This document shows positions 56,630-64,000 of a stretch of DNA of 64,000 bases, piece by piece. Within the stretch, counting starts at the first letter, position 1. Every line of letters begins with the position of its first letter. The translations under genes and the position numbers were made by a program. This DNA comes from an uncultured virus (IMG/VR IMGVR_UViG_3300046009_012017). Its lineage: Duplodnaviria > Heunggongvirae > Uroviricota > Caudoviricetes. The notes beneath the pieces are model-generated. The model was not told the DNA's origin. It was given only the letters and a program-made list of their open reading frames with translations, and did not search any database. Location of the stretch: IMG/VR virus record IMGVR_UViG_3300046009_012017, one strand, 5' to 3'.

Positions 56630-59593
56630 TTGATTGGATTAGTAATTACTGGTAGAACATATAATCCAGAAACATACGAGATTTCTATAGAATCAGTATT
56701 AGCGAAAGTTATAGATACTGGTATTTCGAGTCTAAGATTTTGGACTAGTTATAGCAGAGATCAATTCTCTGCTTCTGTTGATTTTTTGTATTGCGCTAAA
56801 TGGGACGGGACAACATTTTCGTCCTCTGACGTAGTTAGAATACCCGCGTGTTTATTAACATCAATTTCCGGTGCAACTGTTGACACTTCTGTTACTGGAT
56901 TAGTAAACGGATTTCCACAGGTATTTTCTAAAGAAAATCCATTCGGAGATCCATCTTTAGTGGAAAATACAGGTGGAATCATATCGAAAGTAAAATGCCC
57001 CGTTATTTATTTTAATGGCGCCAATAGATTGGATTCTTTGCTTGGTGTTTCTGATTTTCTAATTTGCTATCCAACAACTTCTATTTCACCTTTAACTTTT
57101 GATGAATCATCTCTAATATATTTAGATGTCTCTAAATCCAATTTCATATCCCCAACATTTGTTCCTCCTACCCCTGGAGGTGGCGGAACATCAGGAAGTA
57201 GTGGTACTAGCGGTACTAGCGGTGTGGGTACTAGTGGTACTGGAGGAACTAGTGGTACTTCGGGGACCAGTGGGATAGGAATATCTGGTAGCTCTGGAAC
57301 ATCTGGAACATCTGGAACTTCATTCTTTGGTGTTACTAGTGGATCTAGTGGGACTTCCGGATCTGGATCTAGTGGGACTTCAGGAACAAGCGGATCTTCA
57401 GGAACAAGAGGAACATCAGGATCGTCCGGATCTAGCGGAACAAGTGGATCTTCAGGATCTTCAGGAACTAGTGGTTCTAGCGGTACTTCAGGATCTGGGT
57501 CTAGTGGAACGAGCGGATCTAGTGGAACCAGTGGTTCTTCTGGTATATCTGGGTCTAGCGGTACTAGTGGTTCTAGTGGATCTTCAGGAACATCAGGAAC
57601 TAGTGGATCGTCAGGAACTTCTGGATCTAGTGGATCGTCAGGAACTAGCGGATCGTCGGGAACAAATGGAACATCGGGTAGTTCAGGAAGTAGCGGATCT
57701 TCAGGAACTTCAGGTACAGACGGCACCCCGGGCATAGACGGTAATGATTCTTCAAATAGCGGTAGATGGATTTATGCTGCTACTACTACTCCTGGAAGTG
57801 GAAATTTTGGAACAGATGATTCTGTAATGAGTTTAATTGAATATGTCTACATAAATACGGATGCTGCAAACGGAGCAGATTATTCTACATGGCTTTCCGG
57901 AGTAGACAGTATACATGATCTCGGTTACCCTGTCTATTTACAAATCACACAAGTAGGTTCTAACAATATTATCGGTATTTGGAGAGTTATATCCATTACT
58001 TCAGGTAGTACTTACGAGTTTCAAGTTGATACGCCACTTGTGGCGAATGGTACCATATCAGATATATGTACAATATCATGGGTATACAATGGGATAAACG
58101 GTACATCCGGATCTAGTGGATCTTCAGGCTCTTCAGGATCTAGTGGAACTTCAGGATCTAGTGGAACAGACGGAACTAGTGGAACATCAGGATCTTCAGG
58201 AACAGACGGAACTAGTGGAACAGACGGAACTAGTGGATCCTCAGGAACAGACGGAACATCAGGATCTAGTGGAACAGACGGAACTAGTGGATCTTCAGGA
58301 ACAGACGGAACATCAGGATCTAGTGGAACAGACGGAACTAGTGGATCTTCAGGAACAGACGGAACATCAGGATCAAGTGGAACAGACGGAACTAGTGGAT
58401 CCTCAGGAACTAGTGGATCTTCCGGTTCCTCGGGAACAAGTGGATCTAGTGGAACATCTGGAACAACCCCAATAGGAGTTCTGAATTATCAACAGACTCA
58501 AGGAACTCAGGTGACAATTAATGCGGGAGCAACTGGTACAGTAGTTACTGCTCCTGTGATTACTACAACAGGTAAGCCAGTACAAATTATAGTAACTGGT
58601 GATGCTAACCCCAACTCCGGAGCGGGAGCTTGGTGTAGACTTCAATTGTTCAGGGACTCTACAGCAATTGGAAAATCCGTCCAGGCTGAATCAAGTGCAT
58701 CTAACGAGAATATCCCTTACGCTTTAAATCTTATAGATACGCCTTCTACCGGAACATATACATATTCATTAAGAGCGACTTCAGTAAACGGAAGTAATTT
58801 CCAATTTGGCGAATCTGATGGTCCGGTAATAAATGTTATAGAGTTAGCAGGTTCAGGATCTTCAGGAACATCAGGAACATCAATAACCATAGCAAATGAT
58901 GCAGATACTAGATTAGTAACTGCCAATGGAAATGGAACATTGAACGGGGAAGGGAATTTGACATTTAATGGATCTGTTCTTTCTGTTACAGGTACATTAT
59001 CTACCACTGGAAATACCACAATAAACGGGGAGCTCACAGTAGGTACTAGCACAGCATCAGGAAATGAAGGTGGGCAAATTGCTTTAGCACAAGCACCTTC
59101 CAGTGGTGGTCTTACGGGAGCTAATGTTAATATTGATGTCTACACAAATAGGCTAAGAATATTTGAAGGCGGAGGGAATGCTAGAGGTGTGTATATAGAT
59201 CTTAGCAAAGCACCAGACGGTGTAGGCGGTGAGATAACATGGAAAGCTAGTGGAATAGTAAATTCCGGAATAGATGTTACATTAGGAAATCTAAAAGCGA
59301 GATTGGCAGGTTCTGGAAATAGAAGTTTACAAGTATCAACTGTATCAGGAACTTATAGTGTTATCGGTAGTGGTGTATACTCGCAATCCGGTGTAGCAGG
59401 ATCAACTCTATCATCTCTACTGACTATTACAACAACGCCTTCATATATTAATGCTGGATATAATTTCGGAACAGCAGGATCAACAGACACATGGATTCTA
59501 ATGGATGCGGCAAATACTATTGCTTGGCGTATAACACTGATAGTTGGTTTTTCCTACAATAGTAACCTCATTACTATAGAAAGATTATTGTAA
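56630..59593 (+). CDS. Fibre-like structural protein with Gly-(Ser/Thr)-(Ser/Asp) triplet repeats
   Basis: 987 aa; two long GTS/GSS/GTD blocks flanked by beta-rich domains. Confidence 0.75.
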   Translation: MIGLVITGRTYNPETYEISIESVLAKVIDTGISSLRFWTSYSRDQFSASVDFLYCAKWDGTTFSSSDVVRIPACLLTSISGATVDTSVTGLVNGFPQVFSKENPFGDPSLVENTGGIISKVKCPVIYFNGANRLDSLLGVSDFLICYPTTSISPLTFDESSLIYLDVSKSNFISPTFVPPTPGGGGTSGSSGTSGTSGVGTSGTGGTSGTSGTSGIGISGSSGTSGTSGTSFFGVTSGSSGTSGSGSSGTSGTSGSSGTRGTSGSSGSSGTSGSSGSSGTSGSSGTSGSGSSGTSGSSGTSGSSGISGSSGTSGSSGSSGTSGTSGSSGTSGSSGSSGTSGSSGTNGTSGSSGSSGSSGTSGTDGTPGIDGNDSSNSGRWIYAATTTPGSGNFGTDDSVMSLIEYVYINTDAANGADYSTWLSGVDSIHDLGYPVYLQITQVGSNNIIGIWRVISITSGSTYEFQVDTPLVANGTISDICTISWVYNGINGTSGSSGSSGSSGSSGTSGSSGTDGTSGTSGSSGTDGTSGTDGTSGSSGTDGTSGSSGTDGTSGSSGTDGTSGSSGTDGTSGSSGTDGTSGSSGTDGTSGSSGTSGSSGSSGTSGSSGTSGTTPIGVLNYQQTQGTQVTINAGATGTVVTAPVITTTGKPVQIIVTGDANPNSGAGAWCRLQLFRDSTAIGKSVQAESSASNENIPYALNLIDTPSTGTYTYSLRATSVNGSNFQFGESDGPVINVIELAGSGSSGTSGTSITIANDADTRLVTANGNGTLNGEGNLTFNGSVLSVTGTLSTTGNTTINGELTVGTSTASGNEGGQIALAQAPSSGGLTGANVNIDVYTNRLRIFEGGGNARGVYIDLSKAPDGVGGEITWKASGIVNSGIDVTLGNLKARLAGSGNRSLQVSTVSGTYSVIGSGVYSQSGVAGSTLSSLLTITTTPSYINAGYNFGTAGSTDTWILMDAANTIAWRITLIVGFSYNSNLITIERLL
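57176..57749 (+). repeat. Coding 9-bp-period degenerate repeat (GTS/GSS), block 1
   Basis: Recurring ggaactagt, ggatcttca, ggatctagt units. Confidence 0.9.
58091..58468 (+). repeat. Coding repeat block 2, including 7 x 27-bp alternating units (GTDGTSGSS) at 58217-58405
   Basis: ggaacagacggaactagtggatcYtca alternates with ggaacagacggaacatcaggatcWagt. Confidence 0.9.
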
Positions 59594-59624
59594 AAATAAT
59601 CTAAAATTTGAAGATATATAAGCC

Positions 59625-59879
59625 ATGAATCATATCCAATTGTTCGAGAATTTTAACCAAGGCGGAAGAAAGGAATTTACTGATGATGAAATTAATTATT
59701 ATCAGAAATTATGGGACTGGCTTCCAGAAAAATACAGATATAATAGATTCTTTTCTAGTCTATGGGACCAGGCTAAAATGAAAAGGTCCCTCTCACAAAA
59801 ACAATGGACCCAGTTAGAATTTCTTCTTAAGAATGGGAAATCTCAATACGAAGCCGGTATACTCCCTTCTAACTATTGA
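59625..59879 (+). CDS. Hypothetical protein with MNHIQLFENF leader
   Basis: GATATATA at 59613-59620, 4 nt before the ATG. Confidence 0.8.
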   Translation: MNHIQLFENFNQGGRKEFTDDEINYYQKLWDWLPEKYRYNRFFSSLWDQAKMKRSLSQKQWTQLEFLLKNGKSQYEAGILPSNY

Positions 59880-59923
59880 AACAAAATATATTTTTCTAGA
59901 TATTATTATTAATTTTACATAAT

Positions 59924-60529
59924 ATGTCTAACAATAAAAGAAGATGGGGAAAATCCAATAGATTTTCAGAGTCACACAGGGATTGCTTACCACACAACTT
60001 CTGTTTATTTGATGTTGATGCAATATTGTTAGACGAAGAAAGAAATCCCAAATTTATATACGAAGGAAAATACAAGATCTTCTCCAAGGATAAAGGTGAT
60101 TTTATAGAGACATTTTACAACCCAAAAAATACACAGGCTTTTTTTCTCAGGAATCTATCTCAAAAAATAGGTGTTTACATACACGAAGAGAGAACAAATA
60201 GATGGTGGTTCTTAAATGACAGAACACTAGAACAATCTGAAGATCCAAAATTGGATAAGGTTAAAACAGAGAATAAAATATACATAGAAGACATTCTAAA
60301 TAAATTTGCGCAAAGAATTTCTGGCGTATTTATTAGAACAGAAGGAGAAAAGCCTTCCGAAATGGAACAATATGGTGACTTTATAGCACAAATAATTGAT
60401 GTTCCTAAGGTATTAGTTAATGATGTGTTCGAAAGTGATTATATACACTTTAAAACAGGAGATAAGATGCTTAAGATAGAAGATCAATCCGACTGGAAAT
60501 CTTTGTGGGAAGATATGGATCTATTATAA
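59924..60529 (+). CDS. Possible PD-(D/E)xK nuclease-fold protein
   Basis: FDVDAIL...IYEGKYK spacing. Confidence 0.45.
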   Translation: MSNNKRRWGKSNRFSESHRDCLPHNFCLFDVDAILLDEERNPKFIYEGKYKIFSKDKGDFIETFYNPKNTQAFFLRNLSQKIGVYIHEERTNRWWFLNDRTLEQSEDPKLDKVKTENKIYIEDILNKFAQRISGVFIRTEGEKPSEMEQYGDFIAQIIDVPKVLVNDVFESDYIHFKTGDKMLKIEDQSDWKSLWEDMDLL

Positions 60530-60587
60530 GTATAAAATTAGAAACTCTACCTCCTTCTTTGGCTATAAAAGTAAATAATCTAACAAA

Positions 60588-60953
60588 ATGGCTACTAAAA
60601 GTAGAGTAAGAAAGAAAAACGGAAACCCCGTAAAATATAAACCGAAGCCAAAGGGTTTATCTAAAACAAAAATGAAAAAGCTTCTTCAGATGATCGAGGA
60701 TCAGCAAAAAAATTCTGCAGAAAACCAGGCAGGAACCACAGAGATAAGAGAAGGAGGAGGGGAGCTATTAATATCTCCGGATTTCATAAAAAAATTAAAT
60801 GTTAGCTCATCAGTATTAATCGATAATGGCCCTGAACTAGCAGAAGACTCTAAACACAACATAACTGGTGACACTGATGAGATACCCGAAGTATCTGAAA
60901 CACCAGAACAAAATAACGAAGAAGAGGAAGGCCCAATCTCTTCAGAAATTTAA
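60588..60953 (+). CDS. Hypothetical protein with basic N-terminus and acidic C-terminus
   Basis: 121-aa ORF; GAAAC-N18-TATAAA upstream. Confidence 0.7.
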   Translation: MATKSRVRKKNGNPVKYKPKPKGLSKTKMKKLLQMIEDQQKNSAENQAGTTEIREGGGELLISPDFIKKLNVSSSVLIDNGPELAEDSKHNITGDTDEIPEVSETPEQNNEEEEGPISSEI

Positions 60954-60960
60954 AAAAACA

Positions 60961-60987
60961 TAATCCCTCCGAAAGGGAGGATTATTT
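60961..60987 (+). terminator. Probable intrinsic terminator
   Basis: TAATCCCTCC-GAAA-GGGAGGATTA (one mismatch). Confidence 0.6.
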
Positions 60988-61028
60988 GTGGGCATATGGT
61001 TATATACCATGTAAATAATGTTATTCAC

Positions 61029-61349
61029 ATGAAAATTATTAACGATGATCAATTGAAAGAAACAATTGAAAGCGGGGAAAGAACTTTAGTACTTTTTTCT
61101 GCAGAATGGTGCGGTCCTTGTAAGATAATAAAGCCAGCACTTGAAAAATTAGAGGGAGAGATTTCTGAAGAATTAAAAATAGTAAAAGCAGACATCGGAG
61201 AGGCAGAGAAATCAACTAAGAATTTTAACATTAGAAATATACCAACTTGTGTTATTATAGAAGGCGAAAATGAGATAGCTAGATTCTCCGGCGTAAAAAA
61301 TTTAGATCAGATCAAGGATTTTTTGAAAGAACATCAGATTTTAAATTGA
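61029..61349 (+). CDS. Thioredoxin
   Basis: FSAEWCGPCK, IRNIPT. Confidence 0.93.
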   Translation: MKIINDDQLKETIESGERTLVLFSAEWCGPCKIIKPALEKLEGEISEELKIVKADIGEAEKSTKNFNIRNIPTCVIIEGENEIARFSGVKNLDQIKDFLKEHQILN

Positions 61350-61396
61350 AACTTTTTCTATATTTGCGATATTATTAAAATACGTTCTTTAACATA
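61348..61396 (+). promoter_or_regulatory. Promoter(s) and boxA-like element for the RNA array
   Basis: TATATTTG at 61359-61366; GAAAC-N17-TATTAT at 61348-61375; CGTTCTTTAACA at 61383-61394 compared with boxA TGCTCTTTAACA. Confidence 0.6.
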
Positions 61397-61400
61397 CATA

Positions 61401-61620
61401 TTTTCTTGAAGCGGTTTAAAGGGTTACTTCAAATATACAATTAACAGCGATAGGATTGGTTCTATGGTTCCAATCTAATTAAAGGCTAATTACTGTATTA
61501 ATCTGAAAGCGCCAGAAATGGAACTAAAGGTAGATGCCCGGTTTAATCCACCTGACTAGAAATTCGGGGGCGATTACCTCACGTAATGAGGGACCACTCT
61601 TTAAAGATTTCTCAAGAAAA
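61401..61620 (+). ncRNA. Candidate Y-like RNA 1 (long, multi-hairpin insert)
   Basis: TTTTCTTGA/TCAAGAAAA closing stem, GAAGCGG, TTTAAAGGGT/ACTCTTTAAA second stem, TACTTCAAA. Confidence 0.7.
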
Positions 61621-61635
61621 CTATTATATATAAAC

Positions 61636-61707
61636 TCCGAAGCGGGAATGAGGGATACTTCAAATTATAGGAAAAACGAAAACAAACCCTCGTTTAATAT
61701 TCTCGGA
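61636..61707 (+). ncRNA. Candidate Y-like RNA 2
   Basis: TCCGA/TCGGA, GAAGCGG, GAATGAGGG/CCCTCGTTT, TACTTCAAA. Confidence 0.7.
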
Positions 61708-61718
61708 TTTTAAATTTT

Positions 61719-61800
61719 TATTCTGAAGCGGGATTGGCGGATACTTCAAAAATGATTGTTAGACACCAAAAAAATCCACGAATCAAAAATTCTCAGAATA
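61719..61800 (+). ncRNA. Candidate Y-like RNA 3
   Basis: TATTCTGA/TCAGAATA, GAAGCGG, GATT..GGA/TCC..AATC, TACTTCAAA. Confidence 0.7.
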
Positions 61801-61807
61801 TAACTTT

Positions 61808-61845
61808 AAGGGGTTTGGACGCTATGCGACTGGACCCCTTTTTTA
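61808..61845 (+). terminator. Intrinsic terminator between the RNA array and the TROVE gene
   Basis: AAGGGGTTTGG...CTGGACCCCTT followed by TTTT. Confidence 0.7.
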
Positions 61846-61870
61846 TTGTGTAATTATTAAAAACAAATAT

Positions 61871-63496
61871 ATGTCAAGATTAAGTGGATTTGCAGAAAAG
61901 GAAACAGCTAAAAGAATAGCTGAAAATTCAAAATATGGTGCTTTTGCAGTAGAGAACTTCATGGGCGGAACTTCCTATGAGTTAAACCCTCTCAATACTT
62001 TAAAGATCATAGCTGCTTCTTCTATATTCGGCGAGCCTCAATATTACAGAGATGGATTAGGAACGCCTAAGAATATAGATACGCTAACGAAATATTCTAT
62101 ATTCCCAGAGATGTTTAAGGATTCTAGAAGTGCTGTTGAAATATTCGAGAGCGCAATAGACTCTTCTTTAGATTATGATTTTAAGGGAACTTTAGATCTT
62201 GCTCTTGAGTTAAGAAGTGTTTACTTCATGAGATTAAATCCCTCCGTTATATTTGTAAGAGCTTCTCAGCATCCAAATAGGATCGAATTCAACGAGATGG
62301 TCCCTGGATATATGAAATCCATTGGTAAAAAGATTGCAGAAAGACCGGACGATCTAACTAATCAATTTGAATATTACATGTTTAAAAACAAAGGTAAGGC
62401 AAAACTACCTTCCCTTGTTAAAAGAACATGGGCTGAACGATTAGAGGAGTTTAGCAGATACCAGTTAAACAAATACAAGGGGAAAAAACTTATCGATCTA
62501 GTTCGTATCTCACATGCTTCTAATGATGATATTAGTGAGCTAATGAGAACAGGAAAGCTTGAAATTAAAGAATCAGAAAAAACATGGGAGTCTTTAAAGT
62601 CAGAGGGAAAAACTTGGAAAGAAATAACTGATACTATCGTTATTCCTCATATGGCTCTTCTAAGAAATCTTAGAGGAATATTCACAGAGGTCGAAGACAG
62701 ATCGATAGCTGCTAGAATCTTAGCACAGTTAAAAGGCGGTGTGGAAAAAGGTAAGCAATTTCCTTTCCGCTATTGGTCAGCTTATAAAGCAATACAGGGT
62801 GCGGACGTCCATAACAAGCAAGCCATTCTGGATACACTCGAAGAATGTATAGATATTTCTGTTGGTAATATGCCTAAATTAAACGGTAAAGTTGCTTGCT
62901 TGTCCGATAATTCAGGATCTTCGTGGGGATCTTGTAATAGCGAATATGGGACAGTAACTGTAGCAGAGATTGCTAATCTTTCGTCCCTTATTACTGCATT
63001 ACAATCAGATGAAGGAGTGGTTGGAGTATTTGGTGACGAATTATCATTACAGCCAGTATCCAAAAGAAATGGTCTGCTAACCCAATTAAAAGAAACATCT
63101 GAAAGGGGTAGAAAACAAGGAGGAGGAACAGAAAATGGTATTTGGATTTTCTGGGATGATGCTATAAAAAATAAAGTTCACTATGACACTGTATTCATAT
63201 ATTCAGATATGCAGGCAGGTCATGGAGGTCTTTATGGGCACAGACATACTGTAGGTTCATCGCCTTACGGATTCGACGGGCAAGGAGATGTACACGTTGA
63301 CGTATTATCTATGGTACAGGAATACAGAAGAACTGTAAATTCTAAAGTTAATGTCTTCTGTGTACAAGTAGCTGGATACAACAATTCAGTATTACCTGAG
63401 AATCTTTACCGAGGAGCAATCCTTGCCGGATGGACTGGTAAAGAGCCTTCATTCGCAAAATCAATTATTGACATCTGGGATTCTATAGAGTCATAA
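61871..63496 (+). CDS. TROVE-domain Ro60/Rsr-like RNA-binding protein with vWA domain
   Basis: N..GG.SY, FGEPQYY, YQL.KY, DL.R.SH, TWE, HMALLRNLR, QFPFRY.SAY, DNSGS (MIDAS), GGT, SDMQ. Confidence 0.92.
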   Translation: MSRLSGFAEKETAKRIAENSKYGAFAVENFMGGTSYELNPLNTLKIIAASSIFGEPQYYRDGLGTPKNIDTLTKYSIFPEMFKDSRSAVEIFESAIDSSLDYDFKGTLDLALELRSVYFMRLNPSVIFVRASQHPNRIEFNEMVPGYMKSIGKKIAERPDDLTNQFEYYMFKNKGKAKLPSLVKRTWAERLEEFSRYQLNKYKGKKLIDLVRISHASNDDISELMRTGKLEIKESEKTWESLKSEGKTWKEITDTIVIPHMALLRNLRGIFTEVEDRSIAARILAQLKGGVEKGKQFPFRYWSAYKAIQGADVHNKQAILDTLEECIDISVGNMPKLNGKVACLSDNSGSSWGSCNSEYGTVTVAEIANLSSLITALQSDEGVVGVFGDELSLQPVSKRNGLLTQLKETSERGRKQGGGTENGIWIFWDDAIKNKVHYDTVFIYSDMQAGHGGLYGHRHTVGSSPYGFDGQGDVHVDVLSMVQEYRRTVNSKVNVFCVQVAGYNNSVLPENLYRGAILAGWTGKEPSFAKSIIDIWDSIES

Positions 63497-63520
63497 TCAG
63501 ATATTATAGACTAATTATCT

Positions 63521-63549
63521 AATCCTCACCTTAGGGTGAGGATTTTTTT
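63521..63549 (+). terminator. Intrinsic terminator
   Basis: AATCCTCACC-TTAG-GGTGAGGATT followed by a T run. Confidence 0.88.
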
Positions 63550-63583
63550 GTGTTTTTTTGATAGAATCAAGATAAATAGCTAT

Positions 63584-63859
63584 ATGAAGAATATAAAAAC
63601 GTTTGAGAGCTACGGCTACGAGGTTAAAGATATAAGTAGTCAATTCCCAATAAAAAAATACGGAGATGAATTTCCTCTATCAAATTTAAGCCCTGGTGAT
63701 TCTGTTGTATATCTAGGTGCTAAATTTACAGTGGATAGTGTTGATGATTATGTAATGGTTTTGAGAAGCAATGACGGATCAACTATTAAGGTTAACCAAA
63801 ATATGTTTAATACTAGAGGGTTTATTGGAAAAGATTACGTTCCCTCTAAAATGATGTAA
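63584..63859 (+). CDS. Small SH3-like protein with MKNIKTFESY leader
   Basis: GATAAATA at 63571-63578; start moved to ATG 63584. Confidence 0.75.
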   Translation: MKNIKTFESYGYEVKDISSQFPIKKYGDEFPLSNLSPGDSVVYLGAKFTVDSVDDYVMVLRSNDGSTIKVNQNMFNTRGFIGKDYVPSKMM

Positions 63860-63860
63860 T

Positions 63861-64000
63861 ATGAGAGACAACGTTAAGATATTCGAGATGCTTTCTGAAA
63901 AAACTAGAAATGATCTAAATAGTTTTTCAGATCTTCTAGAGGAATCAACTGGAAATATTGATATTAGTAAGAGATTCTCTGATCTAATACAAAGGGTAGT
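63861..64000 (+). CDS. Partial hypothetical protein (MRDNVKIFEML...)
   Basis: Open to the window end. Confidence 0.65.
   Translation, partial: MRDNVKIFEMLSEKTRNDLNSFSDLLEESTGNIDISKRFSDLIQRV

Noticed and set aside
57067..58475. Long alternative-frame and antisense ORFs (PEVPEDP..., DLQEQ...)
   Set aside because: Shadows of the 9-bp coding repeat in the fibre gene
61401..61800. CRISPR array interpretation of the GAAGCGG...TACTTCAAA repeats
   Set aside because: Only three copies, variable interiors, unequal spacing (about 230 and 85 nt), long-range pairing around each unit, and no cas genes
1..64000. Stop-codon reassignment (TAG or TGA), as in some large phages
   Set aside because: Conserved genes are full length in the standard code and several end at TAG or TGA at the expected C-terminus. 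The one split gene needs a frameshift, not read-through (TAG is followed by TAA)
1..64000. Bacterial chromosome segment
   Set aside because: No housekeeping operons, high orphan density, homing-type nucleases and a phage-like gene mix. Phage origin is still unproven without capsid or terminase genes

Overview
AT-rich, densely coding 64-kb segment that reads as part of a large (jumbo-type) bacteriophage genome, probably infecting a Bacteroidota host. Evidence for that reading: many short orphan ORFs, two Bacteroidota-type RpoD-like sigma factors, TAnnTTTG promoters, a T9SS-sorted protein, HNH and GIY-YIG nucleases, a Dda-like helicase, ThyA, an RNA ligase, a GH19 endolysin and a Gly-X-Y fibre protein. 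No capsid, terminase or portal gene is in the window, so the phage call is an inference. The standard genetic code fits. Most notable: (1) a boxA-led array of three covarying structured RNAs directly upstream of a Ro60/TROVE gene, a candidate new Y-RNA class; (2) a nine-gene operon of envelope proteins (cohesin-dockerin T9SS cargo, nested lectin-dockerin adhesin, two CsgG-like proteins, a beta-barrel, a nuclease, a zincin); (3) about 14 unrelated proteins sharing an MKHIxxFExF-like leader behind a GATAWATA promoter, possibly a virion-packaging tag; (4) an anticodon-less tRNA-like RNA and a stand-alone, possibly pseudoknotted small RNA; (5) polyamine, RNA-repair and anti-defence genes. All family calls come from recognising motifs by eye; no database search was run.
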